A stretch of DNA of 63,458 nt, filler included, from an uncultured bacterium (GTDB taxonomy: Bacteria; DYJV01), in the NCBI GenBank assembly GCA_964543655.1. It is 3 parts of 3 records of this genome, joined end to end, with 100 filler letters (N's around TTAATTAATTAA, not from the genome) between each part and the next. Parts side by side here need not be neighbours in the genome. Positions count along the whole stretch, not along the records: positions 1 to 26,571 come from CAZIZE010000059.1; 2 more parts are not named here. One strand, written 5' to 3'. Numbering within the stretch: position 1 is the first letter of the stretch; each line of letters begins with the position of its first letter. This document shows positions 1 to 12,552 of this stretch, piece after piece. Position numbers and translations under genes: made by a program. The notes beneath the pieces were generated by a model. The model saw only the letters and a list, made by a program, of their open reading frames with translations, ran no database searches and had not been told where the DNA came from.

Positions 1-123
1 GATAATGTGAACTTGGAAGTAGAGTTAATAACTCCAGTGGCAATGGAGAAGGAGTTAAGGTTTGCAATAAGGGAAGGTGGAAGGACAGTAGGAGCAGGAG
101 TAGTTACAGAAATAATTGAATAA
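1..123 (+). CDS. tuf: Elongation factor Tu, 3' end (partial, cut by window start)
   Basis: Frame 1 reads [40 protein letters not shown], the EF-Tu C-terminus; context upstream of rpmG-secE. Confidence 0.97.
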   Translation, partial: DNVNLEVELITPVAMEKELRFAIREGGRTVGAGVVTEIIE

Positions 124-138
124 TTTGGAGTGATAGCA

Positions 139-288
139 ATGAATGAAGTAATAAATTTAGCTTGTCAAGAATGCAAAAGAAAAAATTATGCAACAACCAA
201 AAATAAAAAAACACATAGAGAAAAATTAGAGCTAAAAAAATATTGTAAATGGTGTAAGAAACATACTCTTCACAAAGAAACTAAATAA
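139..288 (+). CDS. rpmG: 50S ribosomal protein L33, zinc-binding (CxxC...CxxC) type
   Basis: Manual translation [56 protein letters not shown]; absent from ORF track because of its size. Confidence 0.96.
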   Translation: MNEVINLACQECKRKNYATTKNKKTHREKLELKKYCKWCKKHTLHKETK

Positions 289-296
289 TTTATAAT

Positions 297-371
297 AGGC
301 CAGTAGCTCTAATTGGATAGAGCGTCGGACTCCAAATCCGAAGGCTGGGGGTTCGAATCCCCCCTGGCCTG
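297..371 (+). tRNA. tRNA-Trp (anticodon CCA); 3' CCA not encoded
   Basis: Acceptor stem AGGCCAG/CTGGCCT, anticodon arm TCGGA-CTCCAAA-TCCGA, T-loop GTTCGAATC; classic rpmG-tRNA-Trp-secE position. Confidence 0.97.
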
Positions 372-397
372 TTTTTAATAATTAATGAGAGGATACT

Positions 398-619
398 ATG
401 GCTCAGCAAAAGGTTGAAGAAGCTAAAGTTAACAAGATAGAACAATTAAAAATATTTTTAAAAGAAGCACGTGAAGAATTAAACAAAGTAGTATGGCCAG
501 AAAAGAAAGTGGTTATTAATGCTACATGGGTTGTGCTGGCTATTACAATAATTGTTGCAGGAGTCCTTGGAATTGTTGATTTAATTTATTCAAATATTAT
601 TAAGCTTATTTTTAGCTAA
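398..619 (+). CDS. secE: Preprotein translocase subunit SecE
   Basis: ELNKVVWP motif plus one TM helix; upstream of nusG. Confidence 0.95.
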   Translation: MAQQKVEEAKVNKIEQLKIFLKEAREELNKVVWPEKKVVINATWVVLAITIIVAGVLGIVDLIYSNIIKLIFS

Positions 620-631
620 CGAGGAAATTTA

Positions 632-1162
632 ATGGAAAAAAAATGGTATGTTGTCCATACTAAAACAGGATACGAATTAAAAGCAAAAGAAGCACTTGAA
701 GAGAAAATTAAAAATGAAAACATGGGTGATTACATTGAAGAGATAATTGTTCCTATGGAAGACGTTATAGAAGTAGTTAAAGGTAAAAAACAGAAAAAGA
801 GTAAACAGATTTTTCCAGGATACCTTCTTGTCAAAATGAGAGTAACAGAGCGTTCATGGCATTTTATTAAGAATTCTCCATATGTTACAGGTTTTGTTGG
901 TAAAAAAACAAAGCCAATTCCTCTTACACAGGAAGAAGCAGAGAAGTTGATTTCAAGTTACAAAGAGGGTAAATTATCTTCTAAACCAAAAATAGATTTT
1001 GAAATAGGGGATAATGTAAGGGTTATAGACGGTCCATTTGTTAATTTTACAGGTACAATAGATGATGTAAAACCTGATAAAGCCAAATTGAAAGTTCTTG
1101 TTAGTATTTTTGGCAGACCAACACCAGTTGAAGTAAATTTTGAACAAGTAGAAAAAATTTAA
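632..1162 (+). CDS. nusG: Transcription termination/antitermination factor NusG
   Basis: WYVVHT, IFPGY, VTGFVG, KOW region, SIFGRPTPVE. Confidence 0.98.
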   Translation: MEKKWYVVHTKTGYELKAKEALEEKIKNENMGDYIEEIIVPMEDVIEVVKGKKQKKSKQIFPGYLLVKMRVTERSWHFIKNSPYVTGFVGKKTKPIPLTQEEAEKLISSYKEGKLSSKPKIDFEIGDNVRVIDGPFVNFTGTIDDVKPDKAKLKVLVSIFGRPTPVEVNFEQVEKI

Positions 1163-1174
1163 AGGGGTTCTTAA

Positions 1175-1600
1175 ATGGCTAAAAAAGAGATTGCTAAAAT
1201 TAAACTTCAAATTGAAGCAGGAAAAGCAAACCCAGCACCACCTGTTGGTCCAGCGCTTGGTCAGCATGGTGTTAATATTATGGAGTTTTGCAAAGCTTTC
1301 AATGCAAAAACCCAGAATGATGCTGGAATGATAATTCCTGTTGTTATAACTGTATATCAGGATAAAAGTTTTTCTTTTATTACTAAAACACCACCAGCTG
1401 CTGTTCTGTTAAAAAAAGCTGCTGGTATTGAAAAAGGTTCAAGTGTGCCAAATAAAGATAAAGTTGGCAAGGTTACAAAAAAACAGGTAGAAGAGATAGC
1501 AAAAGTTAAATTACCAGATTTGAATACAACGTCATTAGAAGCAGCAGTTCGTACAATAGAAGGTGCTGCAAGAAGCATGGGAATAGAAATAGTAGATTAG
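1175..1600 (+). CDS. rplK: 50S ribosomal protein L11
   Basis: [30 protein letters not shown]. Confidence 0.99.
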   Translation: MAKKEIAKIKLQIEAGKANPAPPVGPALGQHGVNIMEFCKAFNAKTQNDAGMIIPVVITVYQDKSFSFITKTPPAAVLLKKAAGIEKGSSVPNKDKVGKVTKKQVEEIAKVKLPDLNTTSLEAAVRTIEGAARSMGIEIVD

Positions 1601-1610
1601 GAGTGGAATA

Positions 1611-2303
1611 ATGCCAAAAAGAGGGAAAAAATATTTAGAGAGTTTAAAGCAATTTGACAGAAATAAAAGGTATCCATTGGAGGAAGCAGTTCCTATTGTT
1701 AAGAAGATAGGTTATTGCAATTTTGATGAGACAGTTGATATTGCTGTGAGATTGGGTGTTGATCCAAAGCATGCAGATCAGATGGTAAGAGGAGCAGTTG
1801 TTTTACCTCATGGCACAGGGAAGAGTGCTACTGTGCTTGTACTTGCAAAAGGTGAAAAAGAAAAAGAGGCTGAAGAAGCTGGAGCTGACTTTGTGGGGCT
1901 TGATGAATATGTTGAAAAAATAAAAGAAGGTTGGTTCGGTTTTGATAAAGTTGTTGCAACTCCTGATGTTATGAATGTAGTTGGTAAACTTGGTAAAATT
2001 CTTGGTCCAAGAGGATTGATGCCTAACCCAAAAGTTGGCACAGTTACTTTTGATATTGCTAAAGCTGTAAAAGAGATTAAAGCAGGAAAAGTGGAATTTA
2101 GAGTTGATAAAGCTGGAAATATACATGCTCCTGTTGGTAAAAAATCATTTGATGACGATAAACTTGTGGAAAACATTAAAACATTAATTTCAGAGCTAAT
2201 CAGGCTTAAGCCTGCTTCAAGCAAAGGGGCTTATATAAGGGGTATTGCTTTATCTACAACTATGAGCCCTGGAGTTAGAGTAGATATAGCAAGTGTTACT
2301 TAG
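1611..2303 (+). CDS. rplA: 50S ribosomal protein L1
   Basis: [32 protein letters not shown]. Confidence 0.99.
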   Translation: MPKRGKKYLESLKQFDRNKRYPLEEAVPIVKKIGYCNFDETVDIAVRLGVDPKHADQMVRGAVVLPHGTGKSATVLVLAKGEKEKEAEEAGADFVGLDEYVEKIKEGWFGFDKVVATPDVMNVVGKLGKILGPRGLMPNPKVGTVTFDIAKAVKEIKAGKVEFRVDKAGNIHAPVGKKSFDDDKLVENIKTLISELIRLKPASSKGAYIRGIALSTTMSPGVRVDIASVT

Positions 2304-2308
2304 AGTGC

Positions 2309-2365
2309 TTCTGTCTAAGAAAACAGGTACCTGTTTTAGGTTTAAAATTGCCTGTCGAGACAGAA
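2309..2365 (+). promoter_or_regulatory. L10 leader (rplJL autoregulatory RNA), probable
   Basis: Stem TTCTGTCT/AGACAGAA enclosing AAGA..ACAGG...TTAA...CCTGT.CGAG, resembling the L10-leader consensus, in the rplA-rplJ gap. Confidence 0.7.
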
Positions 2366-2404
2366 ATGGCTTGACAGTAGCGAAATATGTAAGGGGGTGA
2401 TTTT

Positions 2405-2923
2405 TTGCCAACAGATAAAAAAAGACAAATAGTTGAAATATACAAAGAATTATTAAATGAGAGTAAAGCTCTCTTTATTGTTGATTACAAAGGAATTACT
2501 GTAGAAGAGATTAATGCAATAAGAAGAAAATTTGATGAATGTAATTCAAAATATAAGGTAGTTAAAAATAGCTTGTTTAAAATAGCAACAAAAGGTACAG
2601 AATTTGAAGAGATAGCTAAAGATCTTGTAGGTACTAATGGGGTGATATTTATTCAGGATGATCCAGTAGCTGTTGCTAAAACATTAAACAGTATATTAAA
2701 AGATTATTCATCATTTGAATACAAAACAGGTATCTTAGAGGGCAAAATTGTAGAAGAAGCCTCATTAAAAGCACTTGCACAATTACCACCTAAAGAAGTA
2801 TTACAAGCTCAACTTCTTGCTCTATTTGTTGCTCCAGCAACAAATATGGTTAACTTGTTGGCTGCTACACCAAGAAATTTCTTAAATTTATTAAATGCTT
2901 ACAAATCATCAAAAGAAAATTAA
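2405..2923 (+). CDS. rplJ: 50S ribosomal protein L10 (TTG start)
   Basis: VDYKGITV, KVVKNSL, LAQLPPKE; between rplA and rplL. Confidence 0.96.
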   Translation: MPTDKKRQIVEIYKELLNESKALFIVDYKGITVEEINAIRRKFDECNSKYKVVKNSLFKIATKGTEFEEIAKDLVGTNGVIFIQDDPVAVAKTLNSILKDYSSFEYKTGILEGKIVEEASLKALAQLPPKEVLQAQLLALFVAPATNMVNLLAATPRNFLNLLNAYKSSKEN

Positions 2924-2941
2924 TTAATGGAGGGAAAGTAA

Positions 2942-3331
2942 ATGTCTAACATAAGCAAAGAAGATGTAATTAAATATCTTGAAAGTTTAACAGTTCTTGA
3001 AATGGCTGAATTTGTTAAAGAGTTAGAGGAAAAGTGGGGAGTTTCAGCTGCTGCTCCTGTGGCGGTTGCTGCTGCACCTGGAGCTGCTGGTGGTGATGCT
3101 GGAGCTGCTGCAGAGGAAAAAACAGAATTTGATGTAATTTTAACAAGTTTCGGTGAAAAGAAAATTCAGGTAATTAAAGCAGTTAGAGAAATTACTGGAT
3201 TAGGTCTCAAAGAAGCTAAGGAGCTTGTTGAGGGAGCACCAAAGCCAATAAAAGAAGGTGTTGCCAAAGACGAAGCTGAATCAATTAAAGCAAAAATTGA
3301 AGAAGCTGGAGGAAGTGCAGAAATTAAATAA
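2942..3331 (+). CDS. rplL: 50S ribosomal protein L7/L12
   Basis: Ala-rich hinge, [20 protein letters not shown]. Confidence 0.99.
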   Translation: MSNISKEDVIKYLESLTVLEMAEFVKELEEKWGVSAAAPVAVAAAPGAAGGDAGAAAEEKTEFDVILTSFGEKKIQVIKAVREITGLGLKEAKELVEGAPKPIKEGVAKDEAESIKAKIEEAGGSAEIK

Positions 3332-3372
3332 TTTAGTCTTTACTTTTAATTACTAATATAGTATAAGTTATC

Positions 3373-3411
3373 ACCTGGAGCAATAGGAGAGTATTGCTCC
3401 AGGTTTATTTT
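3373..3411 (+). terminator. Intrinsic terminator/attenuator between rplL and rpoB
   Basis: 13-bp perfect stem ACCTGGAGCAATA/TATTGCTCCAGGT, 6-nt loop, followed by TTATTTT. Confidence 0.75.
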
Positions 3412-3463
3412 AATCCTCAAAAAACTACAAGTCTTTAAAATGCCACAATTAAAGGAATGAAAA

Positions 3464-6400
3464 ATGACAAAAGTAAAAAGAATAAGAAAATCTTTTTCAA
3501 AACTTCAAAAAGCTCTTGAACAACCTTTTCTTCTTGAAACACAGAGAAAATCTTATGAAGTATTTCTGCAAAAGGATGTTAATCCTGAAGATAGAGAAGA
3601 TGTGGGGTTGCAGGCTGCGTTTAATTCTGTTTTTCCAATTAAAGATTTTTATGGTACAAGTCAGATAGATTTTGTATCCTATGAAATTGGTGAGCCAAAA
3701 TATAGCATTGATGAATGTATTCTGAAGAAGCTTACATATACTGCACCATTGAGAATTACAGTTAGATTAATTTCCTGGGATATTGATGCTGATACAGGAG
3801 CAAAGTCCATTAGGGATATTAAAGAGCAAAAAATTTATTTTGGTGAAATACCATTAATGACTGATAATGCAACATTTATCATTAATGGTATAGAGCGGGT
3901 TATTGTTTCTCAGCTTCATAGATCTCCTGGGGTGTTTTTTACATTTGATAAAAAAGATGTAATTGCAAGGATAATCCCTTACAGGGGAAGCTGGATAGAT
4001 TTTGAGTTTGATACTAAAAATTATTTATATGTAAAAATTGATAAACGTAAAAAAATTCCAGCAACAATACTTTTTAGAGCTTTAGGTTTATCATCAAAAG
4101 AGATTTTACACTACTTTTATGAAACAGAGGAGTATGTTTTTGAAGATGATAAGATTTATAAAGTATTAAACTATGACAAAGAGAGAACTCTACTCAATTT
4201 TAAGTTAATAGAAGATGTAGTTGTCAATGGTGAAGTTTTAATACCAAAAAATAGGAAAGTTAAAAGAAACACCATTAAAAGATTGAAAGCAGCAGGTATA
4301 GAGAAACTGCTTGCATCTGAAGAAAATATTATTGGCAAAGCTGTTGCCGATGATATTGTTGATGAAGAAACAGGCGAAGTAATTTTAGAATGCAATGAAG
4401 TTATTACAGAGGAGAAGTTAAAATATTTAAAAGAGTGTGGAATTACAAAGCTGCAACTTCTTTTTATTGATAATATAACCACTCTTCCCATAATTAGAGA
4501 TACACTATTAATTGATAAAATCAATTCTATTTCAAAAGAGCATAAAAAGGAGTTTCCAGATAAACCATTAAAAGATATTGAAATAGAAGCAGCTCTTATA
4601 ATGATTTACAAAAGGTTAAGGCCGGGAGAGCCTGTTGATATTGATACAGCTAAAAACTTTTTTCATAATCTATTTTTTGAAAAAGAGAGATACAGCCTTT
4701 CAAAAATAGGCAGGCTGAAATTCAATTTTAAATTAAATCAAAAAAAACCTCTTGATAATGTAACCTTAGAGCCTGATGATATCCTTTCTGTTGCAAAATA
4801 TTTAATAGAGATTAAAAATGGCACACCTGGTTATGAAATTGATGATATTGATAATCTTGGTAATAGACGTGTTAGAAGTGTTGGAGAGCTTGCTGAAAAT
4901 CAGTTTAGAATTGGCCTTGTTAGAATGGAGAGGGCAATCAAGGAGAAGCTTAGTTTAAAAGACATTGATAGTCTTATGCCACAGGATATTGTTAACCATA
5001 AACCTGTTATTACTGTTTTAAATGATTTTTTCCAGAGCAGTCAACTTTCTCAATTTATGGATCAGACAAATCCTCTATCAGAGATTACTCATAAAAGAAG
5101 GTTAAGTGCACTTGGCCCTGGTGGTCTTACAAGGGAGAGAGCTGGTTTTGAGGTTCGTGATGTTCATGCTACGCACTATGGTAGAATTTGTCCTATTGAA
5201 ACACCTGAGGGACCAAATATTGGTCTGATTTCATCAATGACAACTTATGCTACTGTAAATGAATTTGGTTTTATAGAAACACCATACAGAAAAGTTAAAG
5301 ATGGCAAGGTTACAGATGAGGTTGTGCACCTTTCTGCATTTGAGGAGAAAGGACTTGTTATTGCTCAGGCTAATGCTCCCATTGATAAAGATGGTAATTT
5401 TTTAAATGACATGGTGCTTGCAAGAAAAGATGGTGATTTTAAATGGGTTAATAAAAATGAAGTGCAATATATGGATGTTTCTCCAAACCAGGTTGTTAGT
5501 GTGGCTGCTTCATTAATTCCATTTCTTGAACATGACGATGCAAACAGGGCTTTAATGGGCTCAAACATGCAGAGGCAAGCTGTTCCTCTGTTAAAAACAG
5601 AAGCACCACTTGTTGGAACTGGAATGGAAACAAAAACAGCAAGAGATTCAGGGCTTGCAATATTAGCTAAAAGAGATGGGACAGTTGTCAGAGTTGATAA
5701 AAATAGAATAGTGATTCAGGCTGATACTGATGATTTTGACAATTATGATATATATCACATTATGAAAAATAGAAAATCTAATCAGAATACCTTATATGAA
5801 CAAAGACCTCTTGTAAGTAAAGGTGATAAAGTTAAAGCAGGAGATGTTATTGCTGATGGACCTGGAATGGATAAAGGAGAGCTCGCTCTTGGTAAAAATG
5901 TGCTTGTAGCTTTTATGCCCTGGGGTGGCTATAATTTTGAGGATTCAATACTTGTTAGTGAAAATATTATAAAAAATGATGTTTATACATCTGTTCATAT
6001 AGAAGAGTTTGAATGTTTTGCAAGAAATACAAAACTTGGTGATGAAGAGATTACTGCTGATATTCCAAATGTTGGTGATGCAGAGCTAAGAAATCTTGAT
6101 GAAAATGGAATAGTGAGAATAGGTGCTTATGTTAAACCTGGTGATATTTTAGTTGGAAAGGTAACACCAAAAAGTGAAACTCAGCTTACACCAGAAGAGA
6201 AGCTGCTAAGAGCAATCTTTGGTGAAAAAGCAAAAGATGTTACTGATTCATCTCTAAGAGTTCCACCAGGTGTTGAAGGAACAGTAGTTGATATTAAGAT
6301 ATTTTCAAGAAATAAAAAGTTGAACTTTGAGATAGATAAATATTATGAAAGAGATATTCAGTTTTTAGAGAGCAATAAGAATGATGAAATAAGACTGGTA

Positions 6401-7579
6401 AAAGAGAATTTTTACCAGAAAATGGTTAAAATCCTCAAAGGCAAGAAATTAAAGAAAGAGTTAAAGTATGATGATAAAGTTTTAAAAGAGGGTACACAAT
6501 TAACTGAGGATATTATTAATAATCTGCCAACAGGTGTTTTTAAAGATATAAAAATTAAATTTGATGTTGAAGAGGAAGTAAAAAAATATAAAACTTTATA
6601 TGATGCTAAAATTAAAGAGATTGAAAAGAGATACCAGAAAAAGATAGAGAATCTTGGTGTTGGTGATGAGCTTCAGCCAGGTGTTTTCACTATGATAAAA
6701 GTTTATCTCGCAATTAAGAGAAAGCTCTCTGTTGGCGATAAAATGTCAGGTAGACATGGTAATAAAGGGGTTGTTTCAAAAATTTTACCAGAAGAGAGCA
6801 TGCCATTTCTTGCAGATGGTACACCAGTTGACATTGTTCTTAATCCACTTGGAGTTCCTTCTCGTATGAATGTTGGGCAGATACTTGAAACTCACCTTGG
6901 ATGGGCTGCAAAAGAAGTTGGAAATAAAATTCAGCAATATTTAGAAGAGAATTATTCACCTGAAAAGTTGAGAGAAAAAATTATTGAATATTACAATGAT
7001 AAAGAGGTAACCAAGTTTGTTAAGAAACTTGATGATGATGCTGTGGTAGAGATGGCTAAAGAGCTTGGTAAGGGATTGTTTGTTGCCACACCTGTTTTTG
7101 ATGGTGCTACTGAAGATGAAATAAAAGATTATCTTAAAAAATTAGGCTTACCAGAAAATGGTCAGATTACACTTTATGATGGAAGGACAGGTGAGCCATT
7201 TGCCAATAATGTAACTATTGGTTATATGTATATGCTTAAACTGCACCATCTTGTTGATGAAAAGATTCATGCAAGGTCTATTGGACCATATTCACTTGTT
7301 ACTCAGCAACCTCTTGGTGGTAAAGCTCAATTTGGTGGTCAGAGACTTGGAGAAATGGAAGTTTGGGCACTTGAAGCTTATGGTGCTGCTTATTCATTGC
7401 AGGAATTTCTCACAGTTAAATCAGATGACCTTGCTGGAAGAAATAGAATGTATGAAGCAATTGTTAAAGGGAAAAATTTCCTTCAAGCAGGAATTCCAGA
7501 GTCATTTAATGTGTTAATTAATGAGCTTAAAGGTCTGGCTCTTGATGTAAAATTAATAGAATATGATGACGAGGAATAA
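3464..7579 (+). CDS. rpoB: RNA polymerase beta subunit
   Basis: [46 protein letters not shown]. Confidence 0.99.
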   Translation: MTKVKRIRKSFSKLQKALEQPFLLETQRKSYEVFLQKDVNPEDREDVGLQAAFNSVFPIKDFYGTSQIDFVSYEIGEPKYSIDECILKKLTYTAPLRITVRLISWDIDADTGAKSIRDIKEQKIYFGEIPLMTDNATFIINGIERVIVSQLHRSPGVFFTFDKKDVIARIIPYRGSWIDFEFDTKNYLYVKIDKRKKIPATILFRALGLSSKEILHYFYETEEYVFEDDKIYKVLNYDKERTLLNFKLIEDVVVNGEVLIPKNRKVKRNTIKRLKAAGIEKLLASEENIIGKAVADDIVDEETGEVILECNEVITEEKLKYLKECGITKLQLLFIDNITTLPIIRDTLLIDKINSISKEHKKEFPDKPLKDIEIEAALIMIYKRLRPGEPVDIDTAKNFFHNLFFEKERYSLSKIGRLKFNFKLNQKKPLDNVTLEPDDILSVAKYLIEIKNGTPGYEIDDIDNLGNRRVRSVGELAENQFRIGLVRMERAIKEKLSLKDIDSLMPQDIVNHKPVITVLNDFFQSSQLSQFMDQTNPLSEITHKRRLSALGPGGLTRERAGFEVRDVHATHYGRICPIETPEGPNIGLISSMTTYATVNEFGFIETPYRKVKDGKVTDEVVHLSAFEEKGLVIAQANAPIDKDGNFLNDMVLARKDGDFKWVNKNEVQYMDVSPNQVVSVAASLIPFLEHDDANRALMGSNMQRQAVPLLKTEAPLVGTGMETKTARDSGLAILAKRDGTVVRVDKNRIVIQADTDDFDNYDIYHIMKNRKSNQNTLYEQRPLVSKGDKVKAGDVIADGPGMDKGELALGKNVLVAFMPWGGYNFEDSILVSENIIKNDVYTSVHIEEFECFARNTKLGDEEITADIPNVGDAELRNLDENGIVRIGAYVKPGDILVGKVTPKSETQLTPEEKLLRAIFGEKAKDVTDSSLRVPPGVEGTVVDIKIFSRNKKLNFEIDKYYERDIQFLESNKNDEIRLVKENFYQKMVKILKGKKLKKELKYDDKVLKEGTQLTEDIINNLPTGVFKDIKIKFDVEEEVKKYKTLYDAKIKEIEKRYQKKIENLGVGDELQPGVFTMIKVYLAIKRKLSVGDKMSGRHGNKGVVSKILPEESMPFLADGTPVDIVLNPLGVPSRMNVGQILETHLGWAAKEVGNKIQQYLEENYSPEKLREKIIEYYNDKEVTKFVKKLDDDAVVEMAKELGKGLFVATPVFDGATEDEIKDYLKKLGLPENGQITLYDGRTGEPFANNVTIGYMYMLKLHHLVDEKIHARSIGPYSLVTQQPLGGKAQFGGQRLGEMEVWALEAYGAAYSLQEFLTVKSDDLAGRNRMYEAIVKGKNFLQAGIPESFNVLINELKGLALDVKLIEYDDEE

Positions 7580-7611
7580 TTTTATGTTAAAAAATATTTA
7601 GGGGGTTAGCC

Positions 7612-10600
7612 TTGAGAGATATATTATCATTGTTTGAAAAACCACAGGACCCAATTAAATTTAAAGCTGTTCAGATTAATTTAGCATCTCCAGAACAGAT
7701 TAGAGAATGGTCTTATGGAGAGGTCAAGAAGCCAGAGACCATTAATTATAGAACTTTTAAACCAGAAAGAGATGGTCTTTTTTGTGCCAAAATTTTTGGA
7801 CCAGTTAAAGATTATGAGTGTAACTGTGGTAAATATAAAAGGATGAAACATAGGGGAATTGTATGTGAAAAATGTGGTGTTGAAGTTATACAGTCAAAGG
7901 TTAGACGATTTAGAATGGCTCATATAGAATTAGCGACACCAGTTGCTCATATATGGTATTTTAAAAATCAACCATGTAGAATTGGTGTTTTACTTGGTAT
8001 GACAATGAAAGAGGTTGAAAGAGTTTTGTATTACGACTCTTATGTTGTTCTTGATCCTGGTGAGACCAACCTTAAATATGGTCAACTTTTAAATGAAGAG
8101 CAATATGAGAAAGAGTATGAAAAATATAATGGCAAATTTAGAGCAGAGATGGGTGCTGTTGCTTTGAAAGAAATGCTTGTGAATCTGAATCTTGACGAGC
8201 TTTCATTTAAACTTAGAGAACAACTTGCAGCAACCAAATCAGACACAAAGCAGAAAAGTATAGTTTCCAAACTTAAGATAATAGAAGCTTTTATTAATTC
8301 AGGAAATAAACCAGAGTGGATGATTCTTGATGTAATTCCTGTTATTCCACCAGACTTGAGGCCTCTTGTTCCTCTTGAAGGAGGAAGGTTTGCAACTGCT
8401 GATTTAAATGACCTGTATAGAAGATTAATAAACAGGAATAACAGATTAAAAAGACTTTTAAGTTTAAATGCACCATCTATTATTATTAACAATGAAAAGA
8501 GGATGTTACAGGAAGCAGTTGATGCACTATTTGATAATACTAAAAGAGAAAGACCAATTATAGGCTCCAATAAAAAGCCCCTTAAATCTCTTTCTGAGAT
8601 TATCAAAGGTAAGCAGGGTAGATTCAGACAAAACCTTTTAGGTAAAAGGGTGGATTATTCTGGAAGGTCTGTTATTGTTGTTGGGCCTGAGTTAAAATTG
8701 CATCAATGTGGTTTGCCTAAAAAAATGGCTTTGGAACTTTTTAAGCCTTTTATATTTAACAGATTAATTGAAAAGGGAATTGTTCAATCAATAAAAACAG
8801 CCAAAAAATATGTTGAACTTGAAAAACCTGAAGTCTGGGATGCACTTGAAGAGGTTATTAAGCAACATCCAGTTTTATTAAACAGGGCACCAACTCTTCA
8901 TAGACTTGGAATTCAAGCTTTTGAGCCTATATTAACAGAAGGTAAGGCCATTAGATTGCATCCATTAGTATGTACTGCATTTAATGCTGACTTTGATGGT
9001 GACCAGATGGCTGTGCATGTGCCGCTATCATATGAAGCTCAAATTGAGGCAAGGACGTTGATAATGTCCACAAATAATATTTTATTGCCAGCTAATGGTA
9101 AGCCTGTTATTGTGCCTTCTCAAGATATTGTTCTTGGATTGTACTATCTCTCCACTCCAAAAGAGTTTGCTAAAGGTGAAGGATTGCAGTTTGGTTCAAT
9201 TGATGAAGCCCTTCTTGTTTTTGAAATGGGGAAGGTTGACCCACAAGCAAAAGTTAAAATTAAAATTGATAATAAAGTTTATGATACTGTAATGGGTAGA
9301 ATTTTAATCTATTCAATTACACCAAAAGAGATTTCATTTGATGAAATAAATCAGATTATCAGGAAAAAGGTTGTTGTTAAATTAATAGATAAAGCATACA
9401 GAGTTGCTGGTGATAAAAAGACAGTAATTTTTGCTGACCAGTTAAAAAACCTTGGTTTTGAATTTGCCACAAGGGCAGCTATTTCTATTGGTATAGATGA
9501 CCTTGAAATTCCTGAAGCTAAAAAAACAATTTTAGATAGGACATTAAAGCAGATTCAAGCTATTGAAAATGAATATAGAGATGGTGCTATTACACAAGGT
9601 GAAAGATACAATAAAATAATTGATACATGGCAGCATGCTACTGACGAAATAGCAAAGGCAATGATGGAAAACATTTCCACAAAAGAATATGTTTCTCCAG
9701 ATGGTAAAGAAAAGAGAGTGGGCAACAGCTTTAACTCTATATTTATTATGGCTGATTCTGGTGCAAGGGGTAGTGAGAACCAGATGAAGCAGTTAGCTGG
9801 AATGAGAGGGTTAATGGCTAAGCCTTCAGGTGAAATTATTGAAACACCAATTGTTTCTAATTTCAGGGAAGGTTTGAATGTTTTACAATACTTTATTTCA
9901 ACTCATGGTGCAAGGAAAGGGCTTGCTGATACAGCACTTAAAACTGCTAATGCTGGTTATTTAACAAGAAGGCTTGTTGATGTTGCTCAAGATGCTTTTG
10001 TTGTTGAGGAAGATTGCGGTACATTAGATGGAATTGAAGTGGAATCACTTGTTGAAGGTGGTGAGATTATTGAAAGAGTTGGTTCAAGGGTTCTTGGTAG
10101 AACAGCTCTTTATGATATAGTTGACCCACATAGTGGAGAAATTATTGTTAAAGCTAATGAGCTAATTGATGAAGCAGCTGCAAGCAAGATAGATGATAGT
10201 GGTTTAAATAAAGTTTTTATAAGGTCAGTGCTTACATGTAAATCAGCACGTGGTGGTGTTTGTAGTTTATGTTATGGAAGAGACCTTGCAAGAGGTACTC
10301 TTGTGGAAATTGGAGAGCCAATTGGAGTTATAGCTGCTCAATCAATTGGTGAGCCCGGTACACAGCTTACAATGAGAACATTCCATATTGGTGGAACAGC
10401 AAGTGCCGTTACAGAGCAGAGTGTTCTTGAAGCACACAAAGATGGTACTGTAAAATATAAGGACCTTCACTATGTTGTAAATGATAAAGGTCAGATGATA
10501 GTTATGAATAGACACTCTCAAATTGTGATTCTTGATGAAAAGGGTAGGGAAATTGAGAAAAATCCTCTTGTTTATGGTGCAAAGTTGAACTTTAAAGAGG

Positions 10601-11751
10601 GAGATAAAATTAAAAAAGGTGATAAATTAGCAGAATGGGATCCTTTTACAGTTCCAATTTTAACTGAAGTTTCTGGTAAAATTAAATTTGGTGACATTAT
10701 TGAAGGTGTAACCATTCAGGAGCAGGTTGATGAAATAACAAAACTTTCTACAAAGAAAGTTATTGATTACAAAGATATTAATTTAAGACCAAGAATTTCT
10801 ATAAAAGATGAATCAGGTAAAACTGCTAAACTTGCAGATGGTAAAACACTTGCTCGATATTTACTACCTGTAAATGCTGTTATTAGTGTAGAAGAAGGTG
10901 ATTATGTTTCTGCTGGTACTGTTATTGCCAAAATACCAAGGGAAACAACCAAAACCAAAGATATTACAGGTGGTTTGCCGAGAGTTGAGGAACTTTTAGA
11001 AGCAAGAACTCCAAAAGATTTTGCAATAATTACAGAGATTGAAGGTAGAGTTTCATTTGGAAAAATGACCAAAGGTAAGAGAAGAGTTATAATTACTCCA
11101 GAAGTTGGTGAACCAATGGAATATCTTATTCCAAAAGGTAAGCATATTACTGTTAGAGAAGGTGAATATGTTCAAGCTGGTGAGCCACTTATGGATGGTC
11201 CATTAAATCCTCACGATATTTTGAGAGTAAAGGGGCCAAAGGAACTTGCAAAATACCTTGTTAATGAAGTTCAGGAAATATATAAATTACAGGGTGTTGA
11301 AATTAATGACAAGCATATTGAAGTTATTGTTAGACAGATGTTGAGGAAAGTTATTGTTAAAGATGCAGGTGAGACAAGTTTCTTAAATGGTGACCTTGTT
11401 GAAAGAGTTGTTTTTGAAGAGGAGAATCAGAAAGCTCTTGCAGAGGGTAAGCAGCCAGCAACTGGTGAGGTAATACTTCTTGGAATTACTAAAGCTGCTC
11501 TTAATACATCAAGCTTTATCTCTGCTGCATCATTCCAGGAGACTACAAAAGTTTTAACACAGGCAGCAATAGAAGGGAAAACAGATTATCTATATGGTTT
11601 AAAAGAGAACGTTATTATGGGAAGGCTTGTTCCTGTTGGAACAGGAGTTAGAAAATATAATAAAATAAAAATAGAAGTTGAGACTGATGAGCAAGATGAA
11701 TCATTATCTGAAGCAATTAATGAAAGTGAAGCTGAAGAATCAGTTAGTTAA
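7612..11751 (+). CDS. rpoC: RNA polymerase beta' subunit (TTG start)
   Basis: NADFDGDQM catalytic motif, Zn-ribbon [20 protein letters not shown]. Confidence 0.99.
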   Translation: MRDILSLFEKPQDPIKFKAVQINLASPEQIREWSYGEVKKPETINYRTFKPERDGLFCAKIFGPVKDYECNCGKYKRMKHRGIVCEKCGVEVIQSKVRRFRMAHIELATPVAHIWYFKNQPCRIGVLLGMTMKEVERVLYYDSYVVLDPGETNLKYGQLLNEEQYEKEYEKYNGKFRAEMGAVALKEMLVNLNLDELSFKLREQLAATKSDTKQKSIVSKLKIIEAFINSGNKPEWMILDVIPVIPPDLRPLVPLEGGRFATADLNDLYRRLINRNNRLKRLLSLNAPSIIINNEKRMLQEAVDALFDNTKRERPIIGSNKKPLKSLSEIIKGKQGRFRQNLLGKRVDYSGRSVIVVGPELKLHQCGLPKKMALELFKPFIFNRLIEKGIVQSIKTAKKYVELEKPEVWDALEEVIKQHPVLLNRAPTLHRLGIQAFEPILTEGKAIRLHPLVCTAFNADFDGDQMAVHVPLSYEAQIEARTLIMSTNNILLPANGKPVIVPSQDIVLGLYYLSTPKEFAKGEGLQFGSIDEALLVFEMGKVDPQAKVKIKIDNKVYDTVMGRILIYSITPKEISFDEINQIIRKKVVVKLIDKAYRVAGDKKTVIFADQLKNLGFEFATRAAISIGIDDLEIPEAKKTILDRTLKQIQAIENEYRDGAITQGERYNKIIDTWQHATDEIAKAMMENISTKEYVSPDGKEKRVGNSFNSIFIMADSGARGSENQMKQLAGMRGLMAKPSGEIIETPIVSNFREGLNVLQYFISTHGARKGLADTALKTANAGYLTRRLVDVAQDAFVVEEDCGTLDGIEVESLVEGGEIIERVGSRVLGRTALYDIVDPHSGEIIVKANELIDEAAASKIDDSGLNKVFIRSVLTCKSARGGVCSLCYGRDLARGTLVEIGEPIGVIAAQSIGEPGTQLTMRTFHIGGTASAVTEQSVLEAHKDGTVKYKDLHYVVNDKGQMIVMNRHSQIVILDEKGREIEKNPLVYGAKLNFKEGDKIKKGDKLAEWDPFTVPILTEVSGKIKFGDIIEGVTIQEQVDEITKLSTKKVIDYKDINLRPRISIKDESGKTAKLADGKTLARYLLPVNAVISVEEGDYVSAGTVIAKIPRETTKTKDITGGLPRVEELLEARTPKDFAIITEIEGRVSFGKMTKGKRRVIITPEVGEPMEYLIPKGKHITVREGEYVQAGEPLMDGPLNPHDILRVKGPKELAKYLVNEVQEIYKLQGVEINDKHIEVIVRQMLRKVIVKDAGETSFLNGDLVERVVFEEENQKALAEGKQPATGEVILLGITKAALNTSSFISAASFQETTKVLTQAAIEGKTDYLYGLKENVIMGRLVPVGTGVRKYNKIKIEVETDEQDESLSEAINESEAEESVS

Positions 11752-11778
11752 GAATAATTAGAGAGGAGATTGAGCATT

Positions 11779-12552
11779 ATGGCACTTGATGAATTAATAA
11801 TCACAAAGGCTATTATAGATAGATTTATTGAAAAATTTAAAGATTGCCTTGACCTTGATGTTGCTATTGTTGGTGGTGGACCAGCAGGTCTTGTTGCAGG
11901 GTTCTATATTGCAAAAGCAGGTTACAAAGTTGCAATGTTTGAAAGAAAGCTCAGCATTGGTGGTGGAATGTGGGGCGGTGGCATGATGTTTAATGAAATT
12001 GTGGTTCAGGAAGAGGGAAAATCTATTCTTGATGAATTTGAAATAAATTACAATAAGTATGAGGAGAATTACTATACAGCAGATTCTGTTGAATCAGTTG
12101 CTGCGCTTATTTTAAAATCAAGAAGGGCAGGACTAAAAATTTTTAATTGCATATCAGTTGAGGATGTTGTTGTCAGGGATAACAAAGTAAATGGTCTTGT
12201 GATTCAGTGGAGCCCCGTTGAAATGGCTAAACTCCATGTTGACCCTCTTGTTGTTAGAGCTAAATTTGTTATTGATGCAACAGGCCATGATTCAGAGATA
12301 GTTAAAATTGTAGAAAAAAAATGTGAAGGCAAACTTTTTACTGAAACAGGCAGTATAATGGGTGAAAGATCTCTCTGGGCTGAAGTTGGAGAAAAAACAA
12401 CAGTTGAAAATACAAAAGAAGCTTACGCCAATTTATATGTTGCTGGAATGTCAGCAAATAATGTTTTTGGAAGTAATAGAATGGGACCTGTTTTTGGTGG
12501 CATGCTGCTTTCAGGGAAAAAAGTAGCTGAAATGATAATAAATAGACTTTAA
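11779..12552 (+). CDS. thi4: Sulfide-dependent adenosine diphosphate thiazole synthase (Thi4, His-type)
   Basis: [42 protein letters not shown] 11779 fits RBS GAGGAG better than TTG 11770. Confidence 0.93.
   Translation: MALDELIITKAIIDRFIEKFKDCLDLDVAIVGGGPAGLVAGFYIAKAGYKVAMFERKLSIGGGMWGGGMMFNEIVVQEEGKSILDEFEINYNKYEENYYTADSVESVAALILKSRRAGLKIFNCISVEDVVVRDNKVNGLVIQWSPVEMAKLHVDPLVVRAKFVIDATGHDSEIVKIVEKKCEGKLFTETGSIMGERSLWAEVGEKTTVENTKEAYANLYVAGMSANNVFGSNRMGPVFGGMLLSGKKVAEMIINRL

Noticed and set aside
297-371. tRNA-Trp lacking encoded CCA while tRNA-Gln encodes it; possible integration site
   Set aside because: Mixed CCA encoding is common, secE follows normally, and there is no integrase or duplicated 3' end
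11752-11778. TPP or cobalamin riboswitch ahead of the thi/cob genes
   Set aside because: Gap is under 30 nt and downstream genes overlap; no aptamer motifs
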